A stretch of DNA of 64,000 bases from an uncultured bacterium (lineage in GTDB: Bacteria; Zixibacteria; MSB-5A5; GN15; FEB-12). Below are positions 62,457 to 64,000 of the stretch, one piece after another (position 1 is the first letter of the stretch; each line of letters opens with the position of its first letter). The notes below the pieces were generated by a model, which was not told where the DNA came from, did no database searches, and saw only the letters and a list, made by a program, of their open reading frames with translations. The stretch covers positions 128,495-192,494 of the forward strand of contig CBDVDR010000003.1 of the NCBI GenBank assembly GCA_965372795.1, written 5' to 3'. The translations under genes and the position numbers were made by a program.

Positions 62457-63647
62457 TTTTGGTAAATCCAGTTCCAGCTCTTTATCAATCCGATGTCCCA
62501 ATACATAATCGGCTTGCATAATCGTATGAATTTCGCGAGTCCCTTCATAAATAGAAGCACCTTTACAATTTCTATAAAACCGTTCAACCGGATACTCATC
62601 AGAAAAACCATAAGCGCCATGAACCTGAACCGCGTTAGCCGCAGCTTCTTCAGCCTCTTTGCATGCGATCCATTTTGCCATCGAAGTCGCTTTAGTTGAA
62701 CGCCTACCCTGATTTTTCAACCATCCTGCCTTCATCCATAAATAGGTCGAATATTCATAGCCCGCTTCCATTTTGGCAATCATTTGCTTGACCAGTTGAT
62801 GGTCCCCGATTGGGTGTCCAAATGTTTGGCGCTCTTTAGCATATTTAGCTGAAGCATCCCGGCAGGCTTTTATCAAACCGCATGATCCGGCGGCAACAGT
62901 ATAGCGTCCCTGATCCAAACAGAACATGGCAATCTTAAATCCGGCGCCTTCTTTGTAAACCAGATTTTCTTTTGGTACTTTTACATCCTGAAAAGAAATA
63001 AATCCGGTACTGCCGGCACGAACCCCGAGTTTCCCGTGAAGAGATCCGGTTGTTATTCCATCATATTCTCTTTCAACGATAAACGCCGATAACCCGCTAT
63101 GGTCGCGGTTTTTCTTTTTATCCAAATCAGTCCAGGCAAAAACCAAAAAGAGATCAGCCATATCAGCTAAAGAAATCCACATCTTCTCGCCGTTCAAAAT
63201 ATAATTATCGCCATCATTCACAGCCGTAGTCTGAATCCCAACCGCATCAGAACCCGCTGCCGGTTCGGTCAAACCGAAAGTTGCCAGTTTTTCACCTTTG
63301 GCTGCCGGAATCAGATATTTCTGTTTTTGTTCTTCATTTCCCCAGGTTAGAATCGGCAGGGAGAAAAGCCCGATATGAACTGACAAAATCACTCGTGCCC
63401 CGGTATCGCCATATTCCATTTCTTCTGATGCCAAACCAAGCGAGATATAATCGGTGCCCAGTCCGCCATATTGTTCAGGAATACAAAACCCGAGCATATT
63501 CGCCTCTTTCATTGCCGGAATCAGTTTCGGATTAGCTTTCTGTTCCTGATCGTATTTTTGGATATCCGGAATAATTACTTTACTGGCGATCTCACGGGCA
63601 ATATCCCGAACCATCAACTGGGTTTCGGTAAACTTAAAATCTATCAT
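62442..63647 (-). CDS. Acyl-CoA dehydrogenase
   Basis: 401 aa. FGLTEPAAGSD, the catalytic-base region IYEGTREIH, and QVHGAYGF. Confidence 0.9.
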   Translation of the reverse strand: MIDFKFTETQLMVRDIAREIASKVIIPDIQKYDQEQKANPKLIPAMKEANMLGFCIPEQYGGLGTDYISLGLASEEMEYGDTGARVILSVHIGLFSLPILTWGNEEQKQKYLIPAAKGEKLATFGLTEPAAGSDAVGIQTTAVNDGDNYILNGEKMWISLADMADLFLVFAWTDLDKKKNRDHSGLSAFIVEREYDGITTGSLHGKLGVRAGSTGFISFQDVKVPKENLVYKEGAGFKIAMFCLDQGRYTVAAGSCGLIKACRDASAKYAKERQTFGHPIGDHQLVKQMIAKMEAGYEYSTYLWMKAGWLKNQGRRSTKATSMAKWIACKEAEEAAANAVQVHGAYGFSDEYPVERFYRNCKGASIYEGTREIHTIMQADYVLGHRIDKELELDLPKVDQG

Positions 63648-63801
63648 ATACTTTTCAACTCCTCTTTTAATCTATGTTTTCGGTATATACTTTATTAATC
63701 GGTTTAAGTCAATTGGGTTCCGTCTAAATCGTTTTTGATACCATTTTTATCTTCTTATATAATTTCACCATATTTCCTGATAATTGGGAAATCAAAAAAA
63801 A

Positions 63802-63912
63802 TAAACAGGTTAAACCTGTAAATCAGGTTTTGCCAATAAATCAGCCCGTGGCTAATAAATCAGACTATGCCAATAAATCAGGCTTCGCCTTATAAATCTG
63901 ACTATGTCAGTT
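63802..63912. repeat. Array of six head-to-tail 18-19 bp units (consensus AAATCAG-N-core-AAT), most carrying a different 4-6 bp stem / 3-nt loop mini-palindrome
   Basis: Units: TAAACAGGTTAAACCTGT, AAATCAGGTTTTGCCAAT, AAATCAGCCCGTGGCTAAT, AAATCAGACTATGCCAAT, AAATCAGGCTTCGCCTTAT, AAATCTGACTATGTCAGTT. Palindromes: ACAGGT/ACCTGT, AGCC/GGCT, AGGC/GCCT, CTGAC/GTCAG. Confidence 0.75.
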
Positions 63913-64000
63913 GCGGGAGATTGGTTGGTTGATTATATTCAATCAAATTAAAGGAGTCCCAATTGAATAATCTGCCCCATGTCAAAGCTGATCTTGTCCC

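Noticed and set aside
62251-63912. CRISPR interpretation of the repeats flanking the ACAD gene
   Set aside because: The 62.3-kb elements are 3 copies with non-uniform, partly homologous 'spacers' and overlap a CDS. The 63.8-kb units are directly adjacent (period 18-19 bp) with no spacers. No cas genes are present.
63963-64000. Possible plus-strand gene start (AAAGGAG, then a TTG start codon at 63963, MNNLPHVKADLVP...) at the right edge
   Set aside because: Only ~13 codons are visible, which is insufficient to call a CDS or a product.

Overview
Low-GC window from an uncultured-looking aerobic or facultative, non-phototrophic bacterium; lineage cannot be assigned from sequence alone. All calls come from reading the supplied translations and the DNA by eye. 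No homology search or RNA folding was run. Layout: (1) 1-10.5 kb is a signalling and stress block. It holds two paralogous Ser/Thr kinases with the same kinase / TolB_N-like / TPR architecture (the first runs off the left edge and is absent from the ORF track), a GAF-PP2C phosphatase, a 909-aa FG-GAP protein with a C-terminal dockerin, rubrerythrin and an SRPBCC protein. (2) 10.55-12.87 kb is the only clearly accessory islet: a DNA-methyltransferase C-terminal stub, a 343-aa HTH protein and a Doc-type Fic toxin, tightly abutted on the minus strand. (3) 12.87-16.3 kb has a NapH-like membrane polyferredoxin followed by a ChlI-type AAA+ ORF and a VWA (ChlD C-terminal-like) ORF. The last two are separated by a dnaX-type A_AAA_AAG -1 slippery heptamer inside an A10 run, and no large chelatase subunit is visible. 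(4) 16.4-20.4 kb has a Zn-ADH, an MFS N-terminal stub, an O-antigen-ligase-like protein and a pseudo-REC/REC regulator. (5) 20.6-43.3 kb is one co-directional respiratory block: ctaB, alternative complex III (actABCDEF), SCO, caa3-type oxidase (coxBAC plus subunit IV), ctaA, a second SCO, DUF420, then a complete F-type ATP synthase operon. (6) 43.5-50.2 kb is yceD-rpmF-plsX-fabHDG-acpP-fabF-rnc. (7) 50.4-62.2 kb has a small H1-like basic protein with a GcrA-like HTH core, a monocistronic etfB, a cupin, a 750-aa secreted unknown, a heterodimeric ABC exporter, an IMPase, a phosphohexomutase and glmS. (8) 62.2-64 kb has an acyl-CoA dehydrogenase flanked on both sides by related mini-hairpin repeat elements. 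No rRNA, tRNA, CRISPR array, transposase or integrase was recognised. Best candidates for something new: the ChlI/VWA recoding module with its polyferredoxin partner, the Doc toxin with a non-Phd partner in a decayed R-M islet, the hairpin-repeat family around the ACAD gene, and the GcrA-like/H1-like nucleoid protein.
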